Assembly (NCBI RefSeq): GCF_055900595.2
Contig: NZ_CM148325.1
Reading direction: 5' to 3' (one strand)
Length of the DNA stretch: 64,000 nucleotides
Position numbers and translations under genes: made by a program. The notes under the pieces are model-generated. The model ran no database searches. It saw nothing but the letters and a program-made list of their open reading frames with translations, and was not told the origin of the DNA. Positions 25,880-37,089 of the stretch are shown here, in pieces (positions within the stretch are counted from its first letter, which is position 1; every line of letters starts with the position of its first letter).

Positions 25880-26301
25880 AGAAAAACAGTAAGTTATAGA
25901 AAATATTTTTAACTGAGTTTACATTCACTGATGAGATAACGGCTACCGCCCCTGTAACAGTCTGAAGTTGACCTGGGTAATCAAATACCGGTGTAGTGAT
26001 TAGGAAATAGGGCCCGGATAACATCATGGCGCAGGTCATTGAACCTACTAACGACGCCGGATATATGGTCGCAAACCGCATCGAACCAGTACTTGCCTCA
26101 TCTGGGACGTCCATATATGCTCAACAAAAGAGAGCGTTCAGAATTCTAGCCTCACATCATACCTGAAACCGCGTCCCGACCATAGATGATTTTATCGCCG
26201 GTTTTTTATGACAATTGTTATATTTCCGTAACAATCTTTCCGTAGACTCACGTGCATAAAAATGATTCCCCTTGAAATCGATTTTTTGAAAGGAAACCGC
26301 A

Positions 26302-28281
26302 ATGGGCAGACCGTTAAAAACTTTATTCAAACGTGAGCATAGTGAAGAAATCAGTAACCCGAGCGATAACCGCGCGTTTTCGCAGGTGGCGGAAGTCTAT
26401 TTGTCACGCCGCCGTCTGTTACAGGCAGGCACGGTCGCCGGTGCCGCGGCAGCGTTCCCATTTCTGCTGAAACAGGAAAACGCGCTGGCGAAAGTGGTCT
26501 CCAAAGCAAGCGGTAACCTCGGCAAAGCGACGACGCTCGGTTTCACCAGCCTGCCGGTTTCCACGGAAGATACCGTTATCGTGCCGGAAGGATACATCGC
26601 GAAGCCCTTCTACAAATGGGGCGACGCCACCGGGATTGCCGGAAATCTGCCGGTTTTTAAAACCGACGGTAGCAACACCACGGAAGAACAGGCGGCGCAG
26701 GCCGGGATGCACCACGACGGCATGGCGTGGTTTAGCCTGCCGCAGGGCGGGAACAGCTCCGATCACGGCCTGCTTGCCATAAACCATGAATACATCGATA
26801 ACGGTCTACTGTTTAAAGATGGCGATGCCAACTGGAGCGCCGATAAAGCTCTTAAAGGCCAGAACGCGATGGGCGTGTCGGTCATTGAAGTAAAAAAAGT
26901 GCCCCTGGGCTGGGAAGTGGTGCGCCCGTCATCGTTCGCACGCCGCATCACCGTTAACACGCCGATGAAAATCACCGGTCCGGCGCTGCATAACCCACTG
27001 ATGCAAACAGTTGACGATCCGAAAGGCGAAATCATTCTCGGCACCATGCAGAACTGTGCCAACGGATTTACGCCGTGGGGCACCTATCTGACGTGTGAAG
27101 AGAACTGGTCCGATATTTTCGTAAAAAAAGCAGAGATGAACCCGCTGGAAAAACGTTACGGTATCAGCGGGAGCGACGACTCTTACCGCTGGAACGAAGT
27201 GGATAAAAGGTTCAGCGTCGACGCCACGCCGAACGAGCCGAACCGCTTCGGCTGGGTGGTGGAAATCGATCCATACGATCCGCATTCAGTGCCGCGCAAG
27301 CACACCGCGCTTGGTCGCATCAAACACGAAGGCGCAGCGGTGACAATTGCCCCGGATAACCGCGTTGTGGTCTATATGGGCGATGACCAGAAATTCGAAT
27401 ACATATATAAATTTGTCTCGGAAGGAAAATTCAACCCGCAGGATCGCAAAGCCAACATGCACCTGCTGGAAAAAGGCACTCTGTACGTGGCGAAATTTAA
27501 CGACGACGGCAAAGGCGAGTGGCTACCGCTGGTGTTCGGACAAAATGGGCTCGACGCCAGTAAAGGGTTTGAAAACCAGGGCGACCTGTTGATTAAAACC
27601 CGTCTGGCGGCAGACGCCGTGGGGGCCACTAAAATGGACCGCCCGGAGTGGATTGCGGTCGATCCATATCACGCCGGCAGCGTTTACTGCACGCTCACCA
27701 ACAACAGCGATCGCGGTAAGGAAGGAAAAGCGCCAGTGGATGCGGCCAACCCGCGCGCCAAAAACGTTTACGGCCACATCATTCACTGGTTGGAGCATAA
27801 CGGTGACCCGACCGCGCTGCAGTTTGCCTGGGATATTCTTGTGATGGGCGGTCGCACCGATACAGACAAACTGGAAACCAAAGGCAGCATGAAGGGTGCG
27901 GAATTCGGCAGCGCCGATGGCCTGAGCTTTGATCACCGCGGCGTGCTATGGATCCAGACCGACGTGTCGTCATCAACCATAAATATTAAAGATTACAAAG
28001 GCATGGGCAACAACCAGATGGTGGCGACGATTCCCGGTACCAATGAGTTCCGCCGCTTCCTGACCGGCCCGCGCGGCTGCGAAATCACCGGCATCGCGTT
28101 CACTCCGGATAACCGGACGCTGTTTATTAACATCCAGCACCCTGGCGAGCCAAGCGAAGGGCTTAGCGATCCGCAGCATCCGACGGCAGTATCAAGCTGG
28201 CCTGACGGCGATAAGGCTGGTCGTCCGCGCTCCTCAACTGTCGTTATCGTAAAAGCCGACGGCGGCATAATCGGCACCTGA
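26302..28281 (+). CDS. PhoX-family (DUF839) Tat-secreted phosphatase-like protein
   Basis: 659-aa ORF with twin-arginine signal SRRRLLQAGTVAGAAAAFP and beta-propeller-like repeats. Confidence 0.55.
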   Translation: MGRPLKTLFKREHSEEISNPSDNRAFSQVAEVYLSRRRLLQAGTVAGAAAAFPFLLKQENALAKVVSKASGNLGKATTLGFTSLPVSTEDTVIVPEGYIAKPFYKWGDATGIAGNLPVFKTDGSNTTEEQAAQAGMHHDGMAWFSLPQGGNSSDHGLLAINHEYIDNGLLFKDGDANWSADKALKGQNAMGVSVIEVKKVPLGWEVVRPSSFARRITVNTPMKITGPALHNPLMQTVDDPKGEIILGTMQNCANGFTPWGTYLTCEENWSDIFVKKAEMNPLEKRYGISGSDDSYRWNEVDKRFSVDATPNEPNRFGWVVEIDPYDPHSVPRKHTALGRIKHEGAAVTIAPDNRVVVYMGDDQKFEYIYKFVSEGKFNPQDRKANMHLLEKGTLYVAKFNDDGKGEWLPLVFGQNGLDASKGFENQGDLLIKTRLAADAVGATKMDRPEWIAVDPYHAGSVYCTLTNNSDRGKEGKAPVDAANPRAKNVYGHIIHWLEHNGDPTALQFAWDILVMGGRTDTDKLETKGSMKGAEFGSADGLSFDHRGVLWIQTDVSSSTINIKDYKGMGNNQMVATIPGTNEFRRFLTGPRGCEITGIAFTPDNRTLFINIQHPGEPSEGLSDPQHPTAVSSWPDGDKAGRPRSSTVVIVKADGGIIGT

Positions 28282-28331
28282 TTCTGTTTCATCCGTCATT
28301 AAAAACGCAGGCGCGGTTAGCCTGTGTTTTT

Positions 28332-28930
28332 ATGGTAAAGTCCTGTCAGTCCGCGCGCTGGCTTCCTTCAACGCTTTGTCGTAATTTTTGTCAGTCTGCT
28401 CGTAGTCTGGAATGCCCGGAATTCCTCAACGCTATGCCACTGTTCAGGCGCGGTGTGATGAGAGTGGCGTCGCTGGGTTATGCCTTTCCGGGCACGATTC
28501 TGGCGATTGGTTTTCTGACTCCCTAAATGACCGCTGGCTGGCGGAACTACTGGATTACAGGGGGTTACCTTTAATGTCTGTCGGTGTCCTGTTGGTGATT
28601 TGCTGTACGATGCGATTTCAGGCAATAGCCATCGGCGCACTTGATGTCCGGCTGGGACGTATACCAGAGTCACTGGAACAAGCCTCACGTCTGCTGGGAG
28701 AAAATGGTACAGGAACTTTTGTTCGGGTTCACTTTCCTGTGTTGCTCTGGTGAGCAGTGCCCTGCTGGTTTTCACTGATGCGATGAAAGAACTGCCAGTA
28801 ACACTTCTTTATGCTGAAGCAGCCCGTGGAACTTTTGAAGAAGGGGCCATCTCTGCTTTAATGATTGTTCTTGCAGGGACATTTCCGGTTATTTTGTTTG
28901 TTCCAGCTGAAAGACTGAAATCAGAGGATT
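28332..28930 (+). pseudogene. ABC transporter permease, C-terminal fragments with frameshifts
   Basis: hydrophobic permease segments spread over three frames. Confidence 0.5.
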
Positions 28931-28933
28931 GAT

Positions 28934-29600
28934 TATGTCTGAAGAAACAGCTTTATGTATTAATGATGTCCATGTTGTTTATCCCAATAGCCCATATCCT
29001 GTATTGCGGGGCGGGGGGTATGTCAGTCTGTAAAGGTGAACTGGCATGTCTGCTTGGTACATCAGGTTGTGGAAAAACAACAGTACTACGTGCTGTAGCT
29101 GGTTTTGAGCGCCTGAACAAGGGGAAATTTTTGTATCACAGCATTGTGTGGCCAGCGCAGATATGCATTTTCCGCCGGAGAAATGTCATGTCGGTATAGT
29201 CTTTCAGGAATATGCGCTCTTTCCCCACCTTACAGTTTCACAAAACGTGGCTTTGGTCTGAGAAGACTGCCGAGAGATGTACAGCGAACCAGAGTTACAG
29301 AACTGTTGAAAATGGTGGATTTATTCCACTATTCAGACAGCTATCCTCATGAACTTTCAGGAGGTCAGCAGCAACGTATTGCCCTTGCAAGGTCACTGGT
29401 TCCAAATCCAGATATCCTGTTGCTAGATGAACCATTTTCCAGCTTGGATAAAAAACAAGGGTAGGACTGAGCCGTGAAGTTCGTGATATTTTGCATGAGG
29501 CAGGGCAGACAGCACTTTTAGTCACTTACAGTGAACACGAAGCATATTTGATGGGGGCTCGTATTAGATATGTTAAAAACGGACAATATTGGGAAGGGTA
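28934..29600 (+). pseudogene. ABC transporter ATP-binding protein, multiple frameshifts
   Basis: Walker A LGTSGCGKTT, signature [15 protein letters not shown], Walker B LLLDEP found in different frames. Confidence 0.6.
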
Positions 29601-30080
29601 ACCTTGCCAGCAGACTGTCAAGATGTATTAAACAGGTCGATTAGCTGTAGGCGGGATAGCTCGCGGGATAAATCATCTGAGAATGTGCCATTTTCCGGGC
29701 TGTTATGGGGGACAGGCATTGCTGGTTGTTGGTTCGTTGATGGAGGGAAAGCTGCAGCACAGATAATGGGGCTTTAGGAAAAGGAAAGACATAATAACCA
29801 CGACAAAGTGACTATCAAAGTGGGCCAAGGACATTTGAATGTTTGAGATAATAAATATTGTAATGAAGCTGAGGCTATTGCTACCACCACACACTACAGA
29901 ACCTGCACCATTGGATGCCAAGAACAACTGTCCTAATACATAGAAATGCTCAGATAAAAGTGTTTATGTCTCATCCGGCATGAAAACGATGAGCACATTA
30001 TCTACAATCCACAGGCCCTCCTATTTTCCCGCTTATACATTCCCCATCTTCCATTTTTCCTCACCCGCGCCGGCACCACA

Positions 30081-30109
30081 CTGTCATCTTTCTGAGGTTT
30101 TACTGTCTT
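30081..30109 (+). promoter_or_regulatory. pho-box-like repeats of the ugpB promoter
   Basis: CTGTCAT at 30081 and CTGTCTT at 30103, about 22 bp apart, upstream of the ugpB remnant. Confidence 0.4.
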
Positions 30110-30218
30110 ACACATGTAATAAAAAGTTATTTTTCTGCAATTCGGGCATGATATGTAATCCCGCGAGCATAAAACGAGTGAATTTGCACATCAGGTACAA
30201 CAAGCAAGAGAGATAAAC

Positions 30219-30790
30219 GATGAAACCGTTACATTATACAGCTTCATCACTGGTGCTCGGACTGGCGTTAATGGGCAATGCACAGGCAGTGACGACCATT
30301 CCGTTTTGGAACTCTATGGAAGGGGAAATGGGCAAAGAGGTGGATACAACTGGAAAACTTTAGCGCCAGGAACGGTCTGCCGTTTGCCAGCAAAAACAAC
30401 GGTTTTGACGCCACGGACGCGGTGCTGGAGTTCAACAAGCCGGAGCAGGTGAAACACATCGTCATGCTCGAGGAGATGAACAAGAAGGGCGACTTCATCT
30501 ACGTCGGGCGTAAGGATGAATCCACCGAGAAGTTCTATAGAGGTGATTGCGCGATGACCACCGCCTCTTCCGGTTCTCTTGCCAACATTCGCGAGTACGC
30601 CAAATTCAACTACGGCGTAGGCATGATGCCTTACGACGCTGACGCGAAAGATGCACCACAAAACGCCATTATCGGCGGAGCCAGCCTGTGGGTGATGCAG
30701 GGCAAAGATAAAGAAACGTATACCGGCGCAGGCGAAAAGCTGGCGGTAGGGGAATCATCGGATCTTTCTGCTCATCCGGCGTTATCTCCA
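30219..30790 (+). pseudogene. ugpB: ugpB remnant: N-terminus, large internal deletion, 3' truncation
   Basis: [27 protein letters not shown] then stop; resumes [12 protein letters not shown]...[22 protein letters not shown]; diverges after about 30745. Confidence 0.7.
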
Positions 30791-30990
30791 TAGGTAATAA
30801 TTCAACGCCTGCGTCAGAAGTGGTTGTTACCGGAAGACGCCGCGAAACACGCCCTTCGTTTTGCCAGAGTCTGAGCCATTTGAAAATAACATTATCATTG
30901 ATGCCAGACTCTCGTGCAATCTGGGCCACACAGGCTCCGGGTAAAAGAGTTTGCTGAACAAGTCTCCATTTTTACTCTGGTGAAAATCGG
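30669..30990 (-). pseudogene. IS3/IS66-type OrfA (HTH transposase) remnant
   Basis: RRNRFSPE-KWRLVQQTLLPGACVAQIARESGINDNVIFKW with in-frame stop. Confidence 0.4.
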
Positions 30991-31024
30991 TTCCGACGGG
31001 TTTTCTCTGTTTTTACAGGCTGAG

Positions 31025-31272
31025 TCACTGTCGGGGCTGAATATTATCGCCCCGGGAAAAGAGCCCGGTCAGTTGCACGCAGGAATATTCACCAGAAAGA
31101 TGCCCGTCAGTGAATACCTGATGAAATCGCCTCACCAGAGAAAAAATAGCGGTTTTGCTGACACCGGTCTGTGCAGAAATGCGCGGGTACGACAGTGTCT
31201 CGTCAAATTTCAGTTGTAGCAAACGCAGGATCAATTCCGGATTATCTGCCAGTACCGCCTTTCGTGCATTCA
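31025..31272 (-). CDS. hypothetical HTH-domain protein
   Basis: MNARKAVLADNPELILRLLQ...YPRISAQTGVSKTAIFSLV; start taken at internal Met of ORF 31025..31393. Confidence 0.3.
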
Positions 31273-31556
31273 TCGTAAATGTCCTTTTACTGCGAAAATG
31301 GACATTAGCATAGGAAACAGGAAAGGGAGGCGAAAGACGTTTTAATGAGACGGTTACTTTTTCTGCGCTCCTGCTGTTTTTTCTTAATCTCATCCAGTCG
31401 CTTCCCCGCGTTCGCCAGGTGCTCCTGTGTCACCTTCCCGCATGGATGGTCTTTCAGGTCGTAACGCACGCCACCAGCCATCAGGGCCGGTAATGTTCCA
31501 CCAGCGGTATATATTCTCCCGAGTCACGCCCGCTGGTATCGTGTTTCCCCCGCCAG

Positions 31557-31877
31557 TTAATAACCGTCATCGTTAACGCTATCAGGGTAATCGCGCCATA
31601 TTTCATCAGTAAGCGACGGTAGCCCCATTTTTTGTATTGTCCTGTCTGCGGCCTTTCTGACTGTATGAATATCAATACGGCTTTCAGGTATCGGGCGTTT
31701 TGCCTTCCTGATACATTCCCTTGCTCTCATTACTGCAAGCTGTCTGTGACTGTCTTTCTCAAGAGTAATCATCACATCCTGCCACCTTCTGGCAGCACGT
31801 CGCCACAGTCCCCTGCTCTCGAGTTCTTCCGCTGTCGCGTCGCTTATTGTCCGGCTCTTCAGTGTGCTGTTGTTCAT
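31557..31877 (-). CDS. PerC-family transcriptional regulator (PerC/Pch-like)
   Basis: 106-aa ORF with LESRGLWRRAARRW, RECIRKAKRPIPE and WRDYP motifs. Confidence 0.6.
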   Translation of the reverse strand: MNNSTLKSRTISDATAEELESRGLWRRAARRWQDVMITLEKDSHRQLAVMRARECIRKAKRPIPESRIDIHTVRKAADRTIQKMGLPSLTDEIWRDYPDSVNDDGY

Positions 31878-31894
31878 GTTGCGCCCCGCTTAAT

Positions 31895-32167
31895 TCATAA
31901 GGGTATATCATCTCCGTAAGTGGCGTCGCCTCCCGTTGGTGGCTGATTACCCTGTGTACCTGTGGTTTCGCGTCTGCTTCCTCCTGGCCGCACCGTTTGA
32001 GTACTGATTACGCTGTCTGCGATAACCTGCCGTCCCTGCCGCGTTTTCCCGTTCTGCCCTGTCCACTGGCTGACCTGCATGTTACCTGCCACGCTTACCA
32101 GTTCGCCTTTCTGGTGTCTGGCCAGTGCTTCGGCCTGTCTGCCAAACGCCAGCACAGATAACCACAT
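31895..32167 (-). pseudogene. single-stranded DNA-binding protein, C-terminal fragment
   Basis: FGRQAEALARHQKGELVSVAGNMQVSQWTGQNG resembles the SSB OB-fold C-terminal half; Gly/Gln-rich linker; acidic tail DDIPL. Confidence 0.5.
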
Positions 32168-32339
32168 TGTCGCCTGTCCGTCATCGAATATGTTTTATCG
32201 CCACTTTCCGGAATATCAATTAACTTAATTAATAACGCGTCCATTTCCTTTGCGCAGATTAATGCATTTTCAGAGTGGATTAATACTTCAAAAGGGATTT
32301 TATTCATGGCTCACCCCTCACGAATACGCTGTTTCTTAT

Positions 32340-32984
32340 ACATAAATCCCCACCCGGGGTGAAATCATACACCTCGTGATTGATTCCAACGGGCTAAAAG
32401 TCTTTGGGGAAGGCGAAAGGAAAGCCAAAAAGCACGGCAAAGAGGGGCGTCGCATCTGTCTGTTGATGGCAACACACATGAAATTGTCTGTGCAGACCTG
32501 TCGCTGAACAACGTCACGGACTCAGAAGCCTTCCCGGGGCTTCTCCAACAGACTCACAGAAAAATCATGGCTGCAGCGGTAGACGGGGCTTACGCCCCCC
32601 GACTCTGTCACGATGAACTGAGGCGTAAGAAAATCAGCGCGCTTACCCCTTCCCGAAAAGGTGCGGGTTACTAGCCCGGTGAATACGAAGACCGTAACCG
32701 TGCAGTGGCTAATCAGCGGCTGACCGGAAGTAATGCCCGGTGTAAATGGACAACAGATTATAACCGTCGTTCGATAGCGGAAACAGCGATGTACCGGGTA
32801 AAACAGTTGTTCGGAGGTTCACTGACGCTGCGTGACTACGATGGTCAGGTTGCAGAGGGTATGGTCATGGCGCTAGCGCTGAATAAAATCACGAAAGTAG
32901 GTATGCCTGAGAGCGTGCGTATTGCCTGAAAGCACAACTAGCTACGGGGCTCTTACCCTAAATCAGATTTTTTCAACAAAGCCC
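32340..32984 (+). pseudogene. IS903-like (IS5-family) element, 3' part with frameshifts and terminal inverted repeat
   Basis: C-terminus ...AETAMYRVKQLFGGSLTLRDYDGQVAEGMV...GMPESVRIA; terminal IR GGGCTTTGTTGAAAAAATCTGATTTAGGG on the opposite strand. Confidence 0.7.
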
Positions 32985-33226
32985 AACTGGTATTAGAAAA
33001 CCTGTTGAATATTTAATACAACCATGTTAAATAAAAGAAATAAAGAACTGTTATATCTATTTTCTTAATGGTGAATCATTCAGCAATACCGAATAAAGTA
33101 GAATAGTTTTTAGAAATGCATCACATTTTCTTGTGTATACCCATATAGGAGATGTACATCCATAAAAGATAGAATAATAAAGTTAAATTGCCATGACGAT
33201 AATCACTTTCGAATAGGAGTAAATTA

Positions 33227-33616
33227 ATGAAGAAACAAAAATTCTTTATTGTGAGTTCTATACTTGTAATGTGTTTATCTACCAGTCATATATCTTTGGC
33301 TTCCGGACTGGATAAAAATATGCAGAGCCTTGCAAGAAATATGAGCACTCTACAATCCTCTGGTGATAAAAAATCTCTATTAAATGCTCTTGATATGATG
33401 GACAAAGCTGTAAATGCTTCCATGAATACTCTTCCTGAAAAAATAAACAGCAACGATAAAGTCGCAGTGGAAAGTTATAAGAATGAGTTGAAGAAACTAC
33501 AAAATGAAATCAATCTTGCAAAAGAGAAGGTTGAGTCGGGGAATATAGAGTCACTACGTGATGCTCTGGATAAAATGAATAATATAAAACTGGAAGGCCA
33601 CCGAAAATTCAGATAA
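33227..33616 (+). CDS. cytochrome b562-family protein, divergent
   Basis: 129 aa; signal peptide; predicted mature protein keeps Met7 and a His four residues from the C-terminus (HRKFR), as in cytochrome b562. Confidence 0.55.
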   Translation: MKKQKFFIVSSILVMCLSTSHISLASGLDKNMQSLARNMSTLQSSGDKKSLLNALDMMDKAVNASMNTLPEKINSNDKVAVESYKNELKKLQNEINLAKEKVESGNIESLRDALDKMNNIKLEGHRKFR

Positions 33617-35314
33617 ATAATATTCTATAGAAAAATTTAATTTTATTTCTAAATACGGCAAAGTATTTTACTGTAATTTGCCGTATTTAATAATGTGTTA
33701 AACCTTAAATTATCCAATCCTAATTTAGGAATGCACTCCACGGCCAAACAGTCATACTCACACCTACAACATATAACTATATATTAATTTTATTGATTTT
33801 CCTTCTTGCGTTTACACAAAAACTAACATTATGTGAAACTCCCCTCAGCTTATTTTACAAAATAACATCATGATTAAGTAAATCGGTGAATTTGCTCCTA
33901 TATGTCCAGACATCTGTTATCACTTACCCTGTTACGGCCCTTCAACAGCAGAAGATTCAGGGGTAGTCTAAGCGCTAAGAACACGTTCCCGAAAATTGAG
34001 GTAAACACGTTATGACAGCAACGTAAAATAAAACAGAGAACGTGCAGCGTTTTTTTAGTCATAATGAACATGTAGAGTCCGTTTGTTCATACTCTGTGGT
34101 TATCTTCAAGCGTTCATCCCTGGCGCTGCCAGATAGCGTTTTCGTTCTTACAGTCAATGCGCACCCGATACTGAATATCGGCTTTATTCCCCCTGGCGGT
34201 GAGATGCGCTGTGACTAAATTATCACCTTTACTTACCAGCTCACGAAGATTCACCCAGACAACAGGACGCTGCTGACTGAGGAGCACCTAGTCATCTTTC
34301 CTGTGAAGCACCTGTTTCTGGAGATAGTTCCGTTTGACGCTGGCTGAAACAGCCGATGCTTCCTGCCCTTCACATCGTGGAAAACTGACGGTTCTTTTTT
34401 ATCAGCAGCCAGTGATGATGCACAGATACCGAAGATGAGCAGAATTGAAGAGAGTGTTTTGTTCATTTACAGAATCCCATCATGGATAGCTTATTGCAAA
34501 GTTATACTTTAACAACACAAAATATCATTTTTTGAAACAATATTCACATAACTGCTTATCCCGTCACTTCCCGTTTTATATCGGCAGCACCGTCTGTCTT
34601 TCCTATTGATGCGATTCGTATAATTTATTTTACCCATGAGAAACTCACATTTAAATTTATGAGATGTAATATATGAAGAATAAGGAAATATCCGGATAGG
34701 TGGGTTGTGAAAAAGTTAGCGGCAATAACTTAACTACAATAACCGGCACGTTTTCAACGCTGGCGCAGGCAAGTGCGGACAAAACGGGATTCTTTATCAC
34801 GGGTAAAACTTGTGCATCTGTGACGGTATTAATCCTGTTCATCATGATGCCTCTGTACAAGAAAGCTATGCTGTGCCTCCGGATTATTACGGCCAGTAAT
34901 ATTAGGTATTATGAGGCTCTCAACCGAAAAATCAGTGCACGACATTTTGAGGGCATTTCCCAGTGGCTTACTGGTATAAGATCATGATATTACTGCATTT
35001 GATCCTGCTGCTAAAACTAATCGGGACACGGTTTTTATGATTTTTGACGGAAGCAGGTATATTCCTCTGAGCGTCCTGAAATCGAAGGATTTTATTTTCC
35101 TGGAAAATAAGTAAATCATCTGATAAAAACAATATATTCACAAAGGATAAAATTATTTTGATAAACAGTCGGAAATATTAAAAGTGTCTGTTGTATTCTC
35201 ATTGTCCATTATTCCCTGATTACATAGTAGAATACCCGGAGCCAGACATATCCTAAACCGCCCTGTTTTTACTCGGGGTATATTTACTGTATAACTAACT
35301 GGTGATAATGCTTT

Positions 35315-36157
35315 ATGTTGAATGCAAGACATCTTCCCGTACTGATGTACCATCATGTCAGTCGCTGTCCGGGGCTTGTGACACTTTCACCTGAAATATT
35401 TTGTGAACAGATAGAGTGGCTCGCAAAAAATAACTGGCGGACAGTAACATCCGCTGAACTTTAATATTTTTATCAGGGGGGAATGCTTCCAAGAAAGAGC
35501 TTCATGATTACATTCGATGACGGATATCTTGATAACTGGTTCCGGGCATGGCCGGTACTGAAGGAATACAATCTTCATACGCATATTTTTCTCATTACAG
35601 GGTTGATTGGTGACGGGAAGGTGCGTTACAGACAGAAACGGGAATATTCGCATCGCGACTGTGAGCAGTTGATTGCAGATAACCGTTCCGATGAAGTGAT
35701 GCTTCGCTGGTCTGAAGTCCGGGAAATGCGTGATTCCGGTCTTGTTGAATTCCATTTACATACCCATTCACATAAACGCTGGGACAGACTGTCTGTACCA
35801 CGTACTGAGCAGTGCCGACTCATGGAAGAAGCTATTATGACAGGCAAACAATGTCTGAAGGAAAAACTGGGATACTGTAGTCCCCATCTATGCTGGCCTG
35901 CAGGATATTATAGCAGAGATTATATTAATCTCACCAGAGAACTTGGTTTATCTTATTTATATACAACGGAAAGAAGAATGAACTGCCCTGTAAAAGGTTC
36001 ATTACTTATAGGACGTATTAGTACAAAAGAACGGGAATATTGCGGTTGGCTGAAACGGTGCCTTTTTATTATATCACGCCATTTTTCTCTTCATTACTGG
36101 CTCTTCATAAGGGGCCAAGATTACCAGAGAATTAATAATGAAGATTTTATTCACTGA
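35315..36157 (+). pseudogene. polysaccharide deacetylase (NodB-domain) with in-frame TAA at 35462-35464
   Basis: LPVLMYHHVS and ITFDDGY motifs in the same frame, separated by a single stop codon. Confidence 0.6.
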
Positions 36158-37080
36158 GTCTTCACCAGATATTGGTGGCCAGGAGTTACAGGCTCTGGCA
36201 CAGATGACAGCGCTCCAGAAACAGGGGCATTCTGTTTTACTCGCCTGCAGGGAAAAAAGTAAAATAGCTCATGAAGCCAGAACAATCGGACATGATGTTA
36301 CTTTTATTCCTTTCAGGAACAGTCTTCACCTTCCTTCCATCATCAGACTGCGGCAGGTAATCCGGTAATTCAGACCTGATCTGGTAATCTGCCACAGTGG
36401 TCATGACAGTAACATTGCAGGCCTGAGCCGTCTGATATGCTGGCATCGTTTCTGTATTACACAGAGAAGTCAGGCAACAGTTACCTCCGCATATTCAGGG
36501 ATGGACAGAATCAGCGGGCAATATCCCGCTGATTGTCCAGGTGGGTATGTTGCGTCCCGAGAAAGGGCATGAATTTATGCTCCGGGTGTTGCACCAACTG
36601 AAGATGGAAGGGAAAGTATTTCGATGGCTCGTGGTGGGCGCTGGTCGTGAGGAATACGAAGAACGCCTTCGCCTGCAGATTGAATCACTGGGAATGAGTG
36701 GTGATGTTTTCATGGCTGGTGCTGTTTTCCCGGCGTTACCGATATACCGGGTTGCCAGTGTGCTATCATGCCTTCTGAAAAATGAGGCATTTGGCATGGT
36801 CCTGGCTGAAGCGTCAGCCTCCGGTGTTCCCGTTATTGCCAGTGAGACTGGCGGGATCCCGGATGCCATTCAGAAAAATGTGACAGGAACACTTTTACCT
36901 GTGGGAGATATGACTGCATGGACCAGTGCGCTTCGGGATTTTTTGTCCCGCCCGGAACGCTTCAGGATGATGGTTGCCAGCGCCAGAGAAGATATCGAAT
37001 ACCGGTTTAATATCAACAGAACGGTACAGACCATTGTGTCTCTGGCTCATCAGACCGGGGGAAACGCAACAGGTAACTGA
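36138..37080 (+). pseudogene. GT4-family glycosyltransferase, disrupted (TAA at 36366, internal deletion, frameshift)
   Basis: N-terminal MKILFTESSPDIGGQE; C-terminal RPEKGHEFMLRV and E-x7-E-like region; intervening segment too short and out of frame. Confidence 0.6.
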
Positions 37081-37089
37081 GGAACTCAT

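Noticed and set aside
26160-26300. Possible pho box upstream of the PhoX-like gene
   Set aside because: Only a weak half-site (TTGTCATAAAAAACC on the opposite strand); insufficient to call.
26397-28292. Multiple ORFs antisense to the PhoX-like gene
   Set aside because: All internal to the intact 659-aa ORF; high-GC antisense artefacts.
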